From the NCBI GenBank assembly GCA_963707985.1, contig CAVPRW010000046.1, positions 32,001 to 96,000 of the forward strand: DNA of 64,000 nucleotides, given 5' to 3'. The stretch comes from an uncultured Nitrospinota bacterium (GTDB lineage: Bacteria; Tectomicrobia; Entotheonellia; J063; CAVPRW01). The position numbers were made by a program, and so were the translations under genes. A model generated the notes under the pieces. That model was not told where the DNA came from, did not search any database, and worked only from the letters and a program-made list of their open reading frames with translations. Below are positions 1-11,052 of this stretch, one piece after another; position 1 is the stretch's first letter; every line of letters begins with the position of its first letter.

Positions 1-2308
1 GGGCCACCATGTAACTCTTCCCAGGGACTGGTTGGCGGGCATAGCCCATCGGCGGCACCAACCGGAACGTGGGGCCTGGCGGGAACAGATGCGCTGGGGC
101 GCTCAACACCTGATCGGTGAGCTGATGCAAGGGCGTCAGATCATCCAGAATCCAGAACGACCGGCCATGGGTTGCGGCCACCAGCTCATGTTCCTTGATG
201 ACCAGGTCGTAGACCGGCACCGCTGGTAGGTTCAGACGCAGTGACTGCCACGAGGCGCCGTCGTCGAAGGAGACATAGATCCCCGTCTCCGTACCGGCAT
301 AGAGCAGGCCACGCCGTGCTGGGTCTTCGCGAATCACCCGCGTAAAATCATGCGCAGGAATGCCGGCGGTGATGCGCTGCCAGGTTTGCCCATAATCATG
401 AGTTTTGTAGAGATAGGGCTGCACATCGTCGAGCTTGTAGCGCGTTGCCGCCACATAAGCGGTGGCGGGATCGTGCGGCGACACCTCGATCATACTGATG
501 AGCGCCCATTCGGGCAGCTCCTTTGGCGTTACGTTGTCCCAGGTCTCGCCGTCGTTCCGAGACAGATGGATCAGACCGTCGTCCGAGCCCACCCAGAAGA
601 CTCCAGGCTGGTGCGGCGACTCGGCGAAGGCGAAGATGGTGCAATAGTGCTCGGCCCCTGTCGTATCTTTGTTGATCGGGCCGCCGGAGGGCTCCAGCTT
701 GCTGACATCCTGGCGGGTCAGATCGGGACTGATCGCTTTCCAGCTCATGCCCTCATCGGCCGAGCGAAACAGCACGTTGCCTGCCGCATACAGGATATTC
801 GGGTCGTGCGGTGAGAGAACGATGGGATACGTCCACTGAAAGCGATACTTCAGGTCTTTGGCACCCCAGCCACCGTAAATCTCGGGCCACACCGTAATGA
901 TGCGCACCTGTTCGGTGGCATGGTCGTAGCGCAGCATGACGCCACCGCCGCCGGGGGCGCTGCCGATGGCACCGGAATAGACGAGGTTGGGATTATCGGG
1001 GCGCACGGCAATATAGCCACTCTCCGAACTGCCGACGGGATAGCACTGACTCGACAAGATGGCGCCCTTTTCCGAGCGGCTGGGGACGCAGATGGCGGTG
1101 TTATCCTGCTGTGTGCCATAGACTCGGTAAGGGAAACGCGTATCGGTGGCCACATGATAGAATTGCGCGGTGGGCTGATTATAGATCGTCGACCATGACG
1201 CGCCGCCGTTGAACGACACGCAGGCGCCGCCATCGTTGCCCTCGATCATACGCTGGGGATGGCGTGGGTCGATCCACAAATCATGGTTGTCGCCGTGCGG
1301 TGTCGTCATCTGTGCGAAGGTGCGCCCACCGTCAACGGATTTCCAGGCCTGGATGTTGAGGACATAGACCGTGTCCGGATCTTGTGGGTCGGCGAACACA
1401 TGGCCATAGTACCAAAAACGCAGGCGCAGGTTGCGTTCCTCACTGAGCCGCTGCCAGGTGGCACCGCCGTCGTCGGAACGGAAGAGAGCCCCATCCTCCG
1501 CTTCAACCAAAGCCCAGACGCGACCCGGCCTGGCCGGTGACACGGCGACGCCGATGCGTCCCTTGAGCCCCGCGGGCAGCCCAGGGTTGTTGGTCAGCTC
1601 CGTCCAGGTCTCGCCGCCGTCGGTGGATTGATACAGACTGCTATCGGGACCGCCGGAGGTGAGACTCCAGGGCGTGCGTTGGGCCTCCCAGATGGCGGCA
1701 TACAGGATGCGGGGATTATGCGGGTCCAGCGACAGGTCGATGGCACCGGCCTTGTCGCTGCGAAACAGGATATGGTCCCAGGTTTTGCCCCCGTCCGCCG
1801 AACGGAACACCCCACGCTGATTGTTAGGTCCATAGGCATGGCCCAGGGCCGCCACATAGACCACATCGGGGTTCGTAGGATGAATGCGCACGCGGGCGAT
1901 ATGGCGCGTGTCGGCCAGTCCCAGATGCATCCAGGTTTTCCCCGCATCGGTCGACCTATAGACGCCATCACCGTGGGAGACGTCGCCCCGAATGCAACAT
2001 TCGCCCATGCCAACATAGATGACGTTGGGGTCGGAATCGGCGACAGCGATGGCGCCGACTGCCGCGGTTGGCAGGTAAGCGTCGGAAATATTCTCCCAGT
2101 AGGTACCGGCGTCGGTGGTTTTCCAGATACCCCCGGCACAGGCGCCAAAGTAGAATACCGCGGCATTGACCGGATCACCGGCCACGGCCACGACGCGCCC
2201 ACCGCGATAGGGACCGATACAGCGCCACTCGAGGGCGTGCAGGAGTGGCGGAGGGGGCGTTGACTGGGCTGGGGCGGGTACCGCAGTGGTGGTCTGCTGC
2301 TGTGGCAT
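1..2308 (-). CDS. BNR/Asp-box repeat beta-propeller glycosyl hydrolase (VPS10/sortilin-like), runs off the window edge
   Basis: Not in the ORF track because no stop lies in the window. Manual translation from ATG 2308 (RBS GGGAGG): MPQQQTT...[21 protein letters not shown]...[12 protein letters not shown]...[12 protein letters not shown]...RSADGGKTW, with many S/TxDxGxTW Asp-boxes. Confidence 0.9.
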   Translation of the reverse strand, partial: MPQQQTTTAVPAPAQSTPPPPLLHALEWRCIGPYRGGRVVAVAGDPVNAAVFYFGACAGGIWKTTDAGTYWENISDAYLPTAAVGAIAVADSDPNVIYVGMGECCIRGDVSHGDGVYRSTDAGKTWMHLGLADTRHIARVRIHPTNPDVVYVAALGHAYGPNNQRGVFRSADGGKTWDHILFRSDKAGAIDLSLDPHNPRILYAAIWEAQRTPWSLTSGGPDSSLYQSTDGGETWTELTNNPGLPAGLKGRIGVAVSPARPGRVWALVEAEDGALFRSDDGGATWQRLSEERNLRLRFWYYGHVFADPQDPDTVYVLNIQAWKSVDGGRTFAQMTTPHGDNHDLWIDPRHPQRMIEGNDGGACVSFNGGASWSTIYNQPTAQFYHVATDTRFPYRVYGTQQDNTAICVPSRSEKGAILSSQCYPVGSSESGYIAVRPDNPNLVYSGAIGSAPGGGGVMLRYDHATEQVRIITVWPEIYGGWGAKDLKYRFQWTYPIVLSPHDPNILYAAGNVLFRSADEGMSWKAISPDLTRQDVSKLEPSGGPINKDTTGAEHYCTIFAFAESPHQPGVFWVGSDDGLIHLSRNDGETWDNVTPKELPEWALISMIEVSPHDPATAYVAATRYKLDDVQPYLYKTHDYGQTWQRITAGIPAHDFTRVIREDPARRGLLYAGTETGIYVSFDDGASWQSLRLNLPAVPVYDLVIKEHELVAATHGRSFWILDDLTPLHQLTDQVLSAPAHLFPPGPTFRLVPPMGYARQPVPGKSYMVA

Positions 2309-2368
2309 CGTGAACCTCCCCGTCTAGCGGGTGTACGCTGCGATGTGGTCGCCTTGCAGGGGGAAAGT

Positions 2369-3727
2369 CTACCCTACCAGGCAATCAAAGAGTTGGCGCA
2401 GGTTTGGAGCCTGTTCCAGGGACCAGAGTTGGGCGAGCGCCGCTTGGCATTGCGGCTCTGGCAGGGTTCCTGCCGCCAGATGGCAAAATTTCGCCTCGAG
2501 CTCTGCATCATTGAGCGGGTTCTGCTGGTGACCTTTCGGATAGATAGTTTCGGCCGTGAAACGCTGCCCAGACCTGCTGGTGATCTCCATCCAGCAATTC
2601 AGTTCATCGGGAAAGGCCTGAGTGAATGCCGCATCCTCTTCGATGGTCATCTTCGACATAAGCTGGCGTAGCGTTGGACTTTGAATCCGGTCAGTTGTAA
2701 AACTAGCAGGACTGACGGCACCATCCTGGAAGGCTGTGGCGACCAGAAAGGGGATACTATGATCCGCTGTCTCACGAGTCTGAGGGTCCCACTTTTGCGG
2801 ATCGGTGGCGGCGCTGCGCACTGCGGAACGATAGCTACGAATGCGGATGGCCGCGATGTCCTCAGCCGGTACTTGGGTATGTAACTCTAGGGCAAGACCG
2901 ATGGGAGCTTGGGTATGGATCTGCGAGGGAAAGAACTTGAAGCTCGTGGCCATGATGCGGAATGGCTCACGCCCCCCGCCGAACTGCTCAAGCGCGACTG
3001 GTTGGCCAACGGCTTGGTCCCACAATCCGCGCGGGCCGTCAAACGCTTCGGCAGGCCCGGTCATGCCTTCCTGTGCCAGTTGGGCAGCGAAGATGCCCGC
3101 CCGAGTGGCACATGCGGCTGCGCATCCCTTCCACATCGACAATTCCCCGAGCCGTGTAACCCCGAGAGCCAAATTGGGGACCACGGCCAACGACAAGGCA
3201 TGGCTCATGGCCTGGCGTTCCAACCCCATAGCCTTGCCGGCACCACATGCGGCGCCGATGACACTGAATGTCCCCTGGTCCCACCCGAGATCACCAATGA
3301 CCACCTGGTCGGACAGTCGACAAAACACCTCATAGGCCAAGGCAATGGAGGTGATCGCCGTCTGTCCATCGCAGCCCAGTGGATCAGCTATGGCCAGGAT
3401 GGCCGGGATCATATCGCTCGGGTGCCCGCCGCCCGGTGAGAAATAGGAGTCGTTACAGTCCAGATAACGCACCATGACTCCATTGGCAAAACCAGCCATG
3501 TCAGGCGCACTGCTGTCTTTGGTGCCGACGATCCTCGACGGTATGTTGCTGGTGACGCGGCTGGCCATGCGGCGGGCAATGGTGGAGGGCTCGGCCGCGA
3601 AAGCCCCGAGCGCACAGCCGAAGGTGTCGACCAACGTCCGTTTCACCTGGTGGACCACCTCCGGTGGCAAGTCCCGGTATGTGAGCCGGCAGGCATAGGT
3701 ACTCAACAACTCTGTGGTATGGTCCAT
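2369..3727 (-). CDS. MmgE/PrpD family protein (2-methylcitrate dehydratase-like)
   Basis: 452 aa with motifs RYLDCND, GGHPSD, LSMWKG, ETADHSIP, PKGH..NP. Confidence 0.92.
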   Translation of the reverse strand: MDHTTELLSTYACRLTYRDLPPEVVHQVKRTLVDTFGCALGAFAAEPSTIARRMASRVTSNIPSRIVGTKDSSAPDMAGFANGVMVRYLDCNDSYFSPGGGHPSDMIPAILAIADPLGCDGQTAITSIALAYEVFCRLSDQVVIGDLGWDQGTFSVIGAACGAGKAMGLERQAMSHALSLAVVPNLALGVTRLGELSMWKGCAAACATRAGIFAAQLAQEGMTGPAEAFDGPRGLWDQAVGQPVALEQFGGGREPFRIMATSFKFFPSQIHTQAPIGLALELHTQVPAEDIAAIRIRSYRSAVRSAATDPQKWDPQTRETADHSIPFLVATAFQDGAVSPASFTTDRIQSPTLRQLMSKMTIEEDAAFTQAFPDELNCWMEITSRSGQRFTAETIYPKGHQQNPLNDAELEAKFCHLAAGTLPEPQCQAALAQLWSLEQAPNLRQLFDCLVG

Positions 3728-4631
3728 AAGGTTCTCCTGAGAGAGTCGTGCGGAGCGCTGAGGATAGAGCGTTCCCCGCGCTCAGCGCTATGTGACGGTT
3801 ACCGCAGCACGGCTGCAGCCATGCGCTCCGGTTCCGCTGCCATTAAGCGGGTAGGAGATCGAAATCCTCCCAAGCAGCTAAAACTCCTTTGAGTCTCGGC
3901 TCGCTGATACCTAGATGCCTTATGCCGCTTTCAATGTGTCATAGCAGGTCCGACACAAATGGCCGATCCTTGGCTTCCTTGAGGATCCCTGCAATTCGGC
4001 AGCATAGCTTCGATGAAGCGGCCCTGTTGTGTTCATTGCCGCGTATCATCCTTGATGATGGCCTCAGCCGTCAAGGGCATTCCGCGATGGCGGCGCTTGT
4101 CCGCTGCATAAGGTCGCCTGGCGCCTGCCAGCCAGCCATGGCCAAAGCAGCCAAACCAGACGTCCGTACGATCGGTATCAACCCCCTGAGTTTGGCTTTT
4201 TCCTGCCGGTTCCCGCAGAACCGCTGGGTTACCATGTATCGGAGATATTTTTCTTGACGCACTGGAGCATTCTGATATAGATAGGGACACTCTCTGGTCT
4301 CTGTGAGCAGAGAGCCGCACCATTTATCATGCAGTAGTCGCTCATGTTAATAAATGACCATTGCACCCAACGCCGGGAGATGCGAGTGCCGCAACCCTAT
4401 CACAGCTGCCCACGCGCATCACTTTAATGGCCTGACATACAGAAGCCATTAGCCGGTTCGATTGCTTGATACCACAGGCTGTCGCAGGTTCGCCACACTT
4501 CCATGCCGTCACCACAGTAGGGGATATGTTGTGTGCTGAGTTGTCACCAACACCTGATATGTCCCGCTCGCGCAGGCCACCCACGAGGGTAGGTCGGAAA
4601 GCCAGCACGAGCACAGACTGGGAAATAATCG

Positions 4632-6863
4632 GTGCCTGAGATCTGGCTAGAGAACCGAGAGGCGGAGGAAGCCAGGGCGTCTTATGCTTCAAGCTACGAA
4701 CATCTCAGCGATGAGATGCGGCGCCTGGATATGCTCATTCGCTTGCGACTACTTCGGGAGCACCACACAAACCCACCGAATTTGTTGGACCAATTCCGTG
4801 GGCTTGTGCTTGCTGACGAGGAAATCACCAGGCTTCTGGCCGATGCTGAAAGACCGCACTCCGGTGACACCCCCCTACACTGCGAGCCTCAGGAACAGCA
4901 TGAGTTGGCCACCGCGCTTAGCCAGCTTGAGGACGCCATTCAGCAACGTCTTGCCGCCAGCGCTCAGGATGGGATGTCGCTCTCGTTGCCCATGCTCGCT
5001 CAGCTGTTTCACCTCACGCGGTTTGAACAGTGGTGCCTCATCATCTGCCTGGCGCCGGAACTCGATCGCAAGTATGAGAAGCTCTATGCCTATCTGCAAG
5101 ACGATGTGACGCGCAAAAAACCGAGTCCCGATTTAGTGCTCAACTTGCTCTGCCAAACCATGCCGGAACGATTGGCCGCACGTTCGGTCTTCGATCCGTG
5201 GGCACCCCTGCTCAAGTACCGTCTCGTGCAGATCACCGATAACGTGCCAGACAGCCCGACGCCTCTGCTGCAGCGCTGTCTGAAGCTGGATGATCGCATT
5301 GTAAACTGCTTGCTTGGCTTCAGGCAGCTGGACGCGCGGCTAGACCAGATGGCTGCTGTGACGACGCCCCGCCCCGCAACTCTGTCGGGAGCGATTGCGG
5401 ACCTGCGCGTGCAGATTTGCGGCTTTCTGCAGACGCAGTTCAGCGCATCGCAGGCGCAGGTGCCCAATGTGATCTTCTACCTGTACGGTCCCTATGGGTC
5501 GGGCAGACGCGCCCTCGCCGAAGCTGTCAGTCACGATATAGGGTTGCCCCTGATGGTTGGCGATGTCGAACAGATGCTGAGCGGGTCCTTGGGATTTGCA
5601 GAGGCTATTTGGCTACTGTGCCGGGAGGCGGTGCTGCAGCCGGCAGTGCTCTGTCTCGAGCATGTGGACGGTTTGCTCGCCGAGCCTGATAAGCATCGCG
5701 TGCACGTGAATGCGCTCGTGGAGGCCCTGCGCACATTCACGCGCGTGGCGTTTCTCCTCGGTAGCGAGGTCTGGCACCCGCAAGGGGTGCTCCATGAGGA
5801 CGTGTTCATCGCACTCGAAATGCCGCGCACGAATGCTATGACCAGGAGGCAACTGTGGGAGAGTCATCTCAGTAGCCAGTACCAGCTGGCTGAAGATGTG
5901 GATTGGGGCATACTGGCCAGCAATTTTCGACTCCAGCCGGGACAGATGCACGAGGTATTGGTGGCGGCCAAGCATCTAGCGCGCTGGCGCTCACCCGTCG
6001 ACGCACGGATCACCATGGCTGATCTGTATACGGCCTGCCGGGCGCAATCGAGCGCCAGGCTGGGCACGCTGGCGCGGAAGATCGAGCCCAGGTACATGTG
6101 GGACGATATCGTCCTACCCCCTGATCAACTGGCGCAGCTCAAAGAACTGTGTAATCAGGCCAGGTACCGGCATCGAGTCTATGGCGACTGGGGCTTTGAG
6201 CGTAAGCTATCGCTCGGCAAAGGTCTCAATGCTCTCTTCTCCGGCCCGCCGGGCACGGGCAAAACGATGGCGGCTGAAGTCATCGCCCATGAGTTGCACC
6301 TTGATCTGTATCAAATCGACCTGTCGCAAGTCGTGAGCAAGTACATCGGCGAGACCGAGAAAAACCTGCATCAGATCTTTCGCGAAGCCCAGGCAAGTAA
6401 CGCTATGCTCTTGTTTGACGAGGCCGATGCTCTGTTCGGCAAGCGCTCCGAAGTCAAGGACGCGCACGACCGCTATGCGAATATCGAGGTCGGTTACCTG
6501 TTACAGAAGATGGACGAGCACGAGGGGATCGCGATCCTGGCGACCAATCTACGCCAGCACCTGGACGAAGCCTTCGTCCGGCGAATGCACTTCATCGTCG
6601 AGTTTCCGTTTCCGGATGAGCAAGACCGACGGCGTATCTGGGAAGTCGTGTTTCCACCCGAAGCACCGCTCGGCGAGGACGTGGATTGTGGGTGCCTTGC
6701 CCGGGAGATCAAGCTGGCGGGAGGGAACATCAAGAATATCGCGCTGGCCGCGGCGTTTTACGCGGTGGCGGAGGGGGGGCGGATCCGTTTGCCGCATCTC
6801 GTACAGGCGGCTAGGCGTGAATACCAGAAGCTGGGGCGAACCTGGAACGAGATGCTCTCTTAA
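4632..6863 (+). CDS. eCIS AAA+ ATPase (Afp15/Pvc15-like)
   Basis: Walker A GPPGTGKT, Walker B LLFDEAD, VSKYIGETEKNL, DAHDRYANIEV. N-terminal LAPELDRKYEKLYAYLQDDVTRK domain typical of CIS ATPases; degenerate first AAA module (GPYGSGR). Confidence 0.93.
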   Translation: MPEIWLENREAEEARASYASSYEHLSDEMRRLDMLIRLRLLREHHTNPPNLLDQFRGLVLADEEITRLLADAERPHSGDTPLHCEPQEQHELATALSQLEDAIQQRLAASAQDGMSLSLPMLAQLFHLTRFEQWCLIICLAPELDRKYEKLYAYLQDDVTRKKPSPDLVLNLLCQTMPERLAARSVFDPWAPLLKYRLVQITDNVPDSPTPLLQRCLKLDDRIVNCLLGFRQLDARLDQMAAVTTPRPATLSGAIADLRVQICGFLQTQFSASQAQVPNVIFYLYGPYGSGRRALAEAVSHDIGLPLMVGDVEQMLSGSLGFAEAIWLLCREAVLQPAVLCLEHVDGLLAEPDKHRVHVNALVEALRTFTRVAFLLGSEVWHPQGVLHEDVFIALEMPRTNAMTRRQLWESHLSSQYQLAEDVDWGILASNFRLQPGQMHEVLVAAKHLARWRSPVDARITMADLYTACRAQSSARLGTLARKIEPRYMWDDIVLPPDQLAQLKELCNQARYRHRVYGDWGFERKLSLGKGLNALFSGPPGTGKTMAAEVIAHELHLDLYQIDLSQVVSKYIGETEKNLHQIFREAQASNAMLLFDEADALFGKRSEVKDAHDRYANIEVGYLLQKMDEHEGIAILATNLRQHLDEAFVRRMHFIVEFPFPDEQDRRRIWEVVFPPEAPLGEDVDCGCLAREIKLAGGNIKNIALAAAFYAVAEGGRIRLPHLVQAARREYQKLGRTWNEMLS

Positions 6864-6903
6864 TCACGTCAGTCACCTTACGCGCGACAGGAGGCTGTGG
6901 CAC

Positions 6904-7545
6904 ATGGCAGACGAGGTACGGCACGATCAACCTGAGTGGGCTCCGGCTGCCTGGGAAGCTATCCGTCAGGAAGTGGCTGGCGGTCTGCTCTACGTGCACC
7001 ACCGGGCCAACACCAACACGAGTAAGACGCTCGAAGTCTCGGCTTTTGCCTATGCCCTGATTGAGTTGCTCATCGAAAAAGGGCTGCTGACTGAGGCAGA
7101 ACTCAACGAGCGCAAACAGGCGGTGGGCCAGCGCCTGGTCGAGAAGTTCAATCGTACTGGCATGACCGTGGAGATTCAGGACTCACAGATCGACAAGTAC
7201 GAGTTTGAGGGTGGCCCAAAAATTGACTGCGAGAATCGCATTCATCTCTGTAAGGCAGCCTGCTGCCGATTGCGTTTTCCGCTGTCAGCGCAGGATCTGG
7301 AGGAAGGCATCGTCAAATGGGACTTGCCCCACCCGTATCTGATCGCGCGCGGCGCCGATGGCTATTGCCGTCATTTAGAACGTGGGAGTTGCTCCTGCAC
7401 GATCTATCAGCACCGCCCGCTGCCCTGCCGTGCATACGACTGCCGGAAGGACGAGCGGATTTGGGCAGATTTTGATGCCAAAATTATTAGCCCGGAGCTG
7501 GAGAAGCTGTTCGATAGCCCATCTGTAACTGGCCAAGGAGCATAA
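6904..7545 (+). CDS. YkgJ-family Cys-cluster (Zn/Fe-chelating) protein
   Basis: CENRIHLCKAACC ... CRHL ... CTIYQHRPLPCRAYDC. Start set at ATG 6904 because the track's longer ORF overlaps the ATPase. Confidence 0.82.
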   Translation: MADEVRHDQPEWAPAAWEAIRQEVAGGLLYVHHRANTNTSKTLEVSAFAYALIELLIEKGLLTEAELNERKQAVGQRLVEKFNRTGMTVEIQDSQIDKYEFEGGPKIDCENRIHLCKAACCRLRFPLSAQDLEEGIVKWDLPHPYLIARGADGYCRHLERGSCSCTIYQHRPLPCRAYDCRKDERIWADFDAKIISPELEKLFDSPSVTGQGA

Positions 7546-7645
7546 AGGAGCATAGACGACAATGTCATACTTGGTCAGCACCATTGCATAGGCGTAGCGG
7601 GGACGCGAAGTCGGGCGATCGCTGAAGTGCAAGTGGGACATCGCG

Positions 7646-9487
7646 ATGAAACTCAGCATCGGCAAACGAGCAGACAAGGAAGAACGCATCGGCAAGCGGC
7701 CACAGCCTTCCTCTCAAGTTGTACCGGTGCGTCAGGGACGACCGCCAGCCCTCGCAGCTTCCCTGCTCCAGCTCCAACGCACGCACGGGAACCAATTCGT
7801 GCAAATGATGCTCGTTCAGGCTCAACGAGCGGATGGTGAAACAGAGGTTGTGCCGGAAGTGGAGAACGCGATCCAAGGGGCGCACGGCCGGGGGCAGGCT
7901 TTGGATAAGGCCATGCGCGCGAACATGGAAACGGCTTTTGGCGCGGACTTCAGTCATGTACGGGTTCACACTGATGTTGAAGCAGATCAACTCAACCAAA
8001 CGCTCAACGCACGAGCTTTCACGACAGGCCAGGATATTTTCTTCCGCGACGGCGAATATAACCCAGGTGACGTCCATGGCCGAAGGCTTTTGGCTCATGA
8101 GCTGACCCACGTGGTCCAGCAAACTGGCGGGGTGCAGTTCAAGCGTATCCTTGGCCAAGCAGGTGATCAATACGAGCGTGAAGCGGACCGAGTGGCAGAG
8201 GCGGTGATGCCGATGCTGGAACGGCAGGCTTCCGATGAAGCAGTAGTTCCCGGGCACATCCAGCCTACCCGCCTCCAGCGCCTATGTTCGGAATGCGAGG
8301 AAGGACAAGAGATAGCCCTGCAGGCCAAGGAGATCCCCGGCCATGCTCCGCAGGGGGTAGGTAGGACGGCTGATCATATCGCCACTCGAAGGCCAGTCGC
8401 GGAGGCTCAGCACAATGAGCCTGACCGGCACCACGTATGCCCAGAAATGGTTCAACGAACACCGGCACCCCCAGCCTATGGGGGCGTTACTGGCACGCGA
8501 GATCTCACCAAAATCAGAGTCGATGCTGTCCCCGACTTTGTACCAAGCATCTTCGTCCCGGTGCGCGTTGTCAACGTTCATGTGAGCGATCCGGCTGTTA
8601 AACACATTTCCTGGGAGTTGTATGACCCGAGCGATCAACTGATGCCCGGGAGTTACTCCACCCTGCCGGGACACCCAAGTTCCATCACGAGGCCATTTCT
8701 TTTGATGCACTCACATTTTTCAGGAGCTGGCTTTGTAGCGGGAAAGTACCTCTTGCGGTGTGTTGGGCGCAACGCGAGCCATCAACCGGTCATCTACGCC
8801 GATCGCGACTTCAACGTACTCACGTCTGACCTCACGACCGGCACAGCACTCCCGACAACATACGGTGATCTTACCTTTACCAAGTACGATAAAACAGATG
8901 CTAGTCCACCGGCAAATCCGAACTACTCAATTGACGTCGAATTGCAGTTTTTGCCTAAGGCAACAGTGGTATGTAACGACGTTGGATTCATGCAATCGAT
9001 GCAAACGATTGATCACCAGGGTCGAAGTCAACAAAATACGGTAAATGTCGAACAGGACGCACGGCAAACGCCTTTAGCCTGGTCTATCGACCGTGTAGCA
9101 GGGGCTCCTTCACCGTTTTACATTACGGGGCGTGATCCGGTAACTGGAAGTATTGTTGATGTACCGGGCTGGGGCCGTGCCGGAAGCGGTGGGGCAACGC
9201 CGAGCGAGGCAACTTTAATTGATCAGCCAAGCTGGAACCAAGAAAACTATGCTAAGTTTGAGTCTTGTGTCATTTGTCGAAGTGGAGCCAACCGGGGTCA
9301 GGTATACGGCTGTGCCACCTGGGGCTATACAGCCAACGCTGCTGGTAAGGTAACGCTTACGCCACGTGGCTTCCGCCAGATGCCCTCAGACCAGTTCGCG
9401 GAGGCGCGAGATGCCTGGAACACCTGGCGGACCAGCGTACCGGCTGCCACTCGGCCTGAAGAAGCTCCCAATTTAACAAGTCCATAG
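7646..9487 (+). CDS. DUF4157 (eCIS core domain) protein with uncharacterised C-terminal domain; putative effector
   Basis: METAFGADFSHVRVHT...ARAFTTGQDIFF...LLAHELTHVVQQ (HExxH), followed by GDQYEREADRVA and LQRLCSECEE linkers and about 340 aa of unrecognised sequence. Confidence 0.88.
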   Translation: MKLSIGKRADKEERIGKRPQPSSQVVPVRQGRPPALAASLLQLQRTHGNQFVQMMLVQAQRADGETEVVPEVENAIQGAHGRGQALDKAMRANMETAFGADFSHVRVHTDVEADQLNQTLNARAFTTGQDIFFRDGEYNPGDVHGRRLLAHELTHVVQQTGGVQFKRILGQAGDQYEREADRVAEAVMPMLERQASDEAVVPGHIQPTRLQRLCSECEEGQEIALQAKEIPGHAPQGVGRTADHIATRRPVAEAQHNEPDRHHVCPEMVQRTPAPPAYGGVTGTRDLTKIRVDAVPDFVPSIFVPVRVVNVHVSDPAVKHISWELYDPSDQLMPGSYSTLPGHPSSITRPFLLMHSHFSGAGFVAGKYLLRCVGRNASHQPVIYADRDFNVLTSDLTTGTALPTTYGDLTFTKYDKTDASPPANPNYSIDVELQFLPKATVVCNDVGFMQSMQTIDHQGRSQQNTVNVEQDARQTPLAWSIDRVAGAPSPFYITGRDPVTGSIVDVPGWGRAGSGGATPSEATLIDQPSWNQENYAKFESCVICRSGANRGQVYGCATWGYTANAAGKVTLTPRGFRQMPSDQFAEARDAWNTWRTSVPAATRPEEAPNLTSP

Positions 9488-9497
9488 GAACAGAGAA

Positions 9498-10088
9498 ATG
9501 GAACAGAGAAATCAGCCCAAAGAGCTGCAGCTCTCGAACTTAGCCATACAGCTTCAAGAAGACGCGGCGCGGGCTGTACCGCCCTTCGGCGCAGAGAGTG
9601 TGAAGATCGCGCGCATTCTGGGGCCAGCAGCCACAAACCTTTTGCTGCAGGAGATTGCGGTGCGGGGGAACACAGCCTTGTTGGCTTTGGAAGCTTTGCG
9701 CGAAGCTAACCCAAGCGCGTACAGCGCGCTTCCGGTTCGAGAACGGGCGGACATTTATGTTTCTAGCTTGCAGAGCAGCATTTTTTTTAACGCTTGGGGG
9801 CTGCCAGGCTATCAGCTGACTCCAACCGCACAGGCTCTCATCGCTCTCGGCGATGACGCCGTGCCGGCATTAGAGCCACTGTTAGCTGCCCATCAGCCCG
9901 CCCCACTCTCAGGTAGCCAGGATGCGACAACCAGTAAAATGTACGGCAATCGTATTTGCGATTATGCCTGGGTGTTCATTTGTGAGATCAAGCGTCGACC
10001 ATACACCTATGATCATAGTCCAACCGAGCGTGACCAGGCTATAGTGACGCTGCGGCAAGAGTTGCAAGGCTATACCACTATCAAATGA
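9498..10088 (+). CDS. Hypothetical helical (HEAT-like) protein; possible immunity or chaperone partner of the DUF4157 protein
   Basis: 196 aa, starts 10 nt after the DUF4157 stop; ALIALGDDAVPALEPLL HEAT-like segment. Confidence 0.65.
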   Translation: MEQRNQPKELQLSNLAIQLQEDAARAVPPFGAESVKIARILGPAATNLLLQEIAVRGNTALLALEALREANPSAYSALPVRERADIYVSSLQSSIFFNAWGLPGYQLTPTAQALIALGDDAVPALEPLLAAHQPAPLSGSQDATTSKMYGNRICDYAWVFICEIKRRPYTYDHSPTERDQAIVTLRQELQGYTTIK

Positions 10089-10170
10089 GAGCGGTATTGA
10101 TGTGCGATGCGCGCTTGGCAGGCAGGTGTTTCGAGGGTGGTAGCTTCGGGGTAGAGAAGTTGTTGCGAGT

Positions 10171-11025
10171 ATGATCCGTGACCTGAGCCTCACATTGCAA
10201 GCGATTTTGGACGATTCTGCGCTGGGGGCCACTTTCCCGGAGTTGGCTGCGGCCCAGATCGTCTTCGACCGCCCGGTGGAGACCTTCAATCCGACGCAAA
10301 CGACGATCGATCTGTTCCTGTATGACATTCGCGAAAATATGGAGCTCCGAAGCAACGAGCCGACGCTTCGGCGTCTGAACGGGCAGGTTGAAATCCAGCG
10401 CCCCCCGCTACGCGTTGCCTGCTCGTACTTGATCACGGCGTGGCCTGTCGGCGGCACTGACCTGGCCTTGCAAGAGCACCGGTTGCTCAGTCAGGTATTG
10501 CAGGTGCTCTCACGCTACCCGCAGATTCCTGCGGCGTTTTTGCGCGGCCAACTCGTGGGGCAAGAGCCGCCGCTTCCAATGATGACCGCTCAGACCGAAG
10601 GGCTGAAGGAGCCACCCGAGTTCTGGACGGCCATCGGCAACAAATTGCGCGCATCGCTCACGGTAACGGTGACTATTGGCATGGAAGTCTTTGCCCCGGT
10701 GACGGCACCCATCGTGGTGACTGAAGAGGTGAGACTGGGCGAGCGCACGGGGCCGGATGAGGAGGTCATTTCACCCCCTACACGCCAAGTGCTTTTCCGC
10801 ATCGGCGGGCTCGTGACAGACGTGAGCCATGCGCCGGTTGCGGGTGCGATAGTGACGCTGCTGGGTACTAGCTTGGCGACACAGACAGAGGCCGATGGCC
10901 GCTATGTGCTCGGCTCGATTTCGGCAGGCACATACACCCTACGTGCCCAATTGGACGCGACGATTAGGGATGTCGTGGTAACGATCCCAGCGCCGGCTGG
11001 GAGTCACTACAACGTGCAGTTATAA
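10171..11025 (+). CDS. DUF4255 (Afp16/Pvc16-like cap/terminator) with C-terminal carboxypeptidase-regulatory-like domain
   Basis: IDLFLYDIRENMELR, YLITAW, EHRLLSQVL; C-terminal GAIVTL...TEADGRY...AGTYTL. Confidence 0.88.
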   Translation: MIRDLSLTLQAILDDSALGATFPELAAAQIVFDRPVETFNPTQTTIDLFLYDIRENMELRSNEPTLRRLNGQVEIQRPPLRVACSYLITAWPVGGTDLALQEHRLLSQVLQVLSRYPQIPAAFLRGQLVGQEPPLPMMTAQTEGLKEPPEFWTAIGNKLRASLTVTVTIGMEVFAPVTAPIVVTEEVRLGERTGPDEEVISPPTRQVLFRIGGLVTDVSHAPVAGAIVTLLGTSLATQTEADGRYVLGSISAGTYTLRAQLDATIRDVVVTIPAPAGSHYNVQL

Positions 11026-11052
11026 GCTATCTCATAACCAAAAGGAAAACAC

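Noticed and set aside
32..2263. Many short ORFs on both strands
   Set aside because: Shadow ORFs of the single long minus-strand BNR-repeat gene.
6415..6903. N-terminal extension of the 376-aa ORF
   Set aside because: Overlaps the ATPase in another frame; the likely start is ATG 6904.
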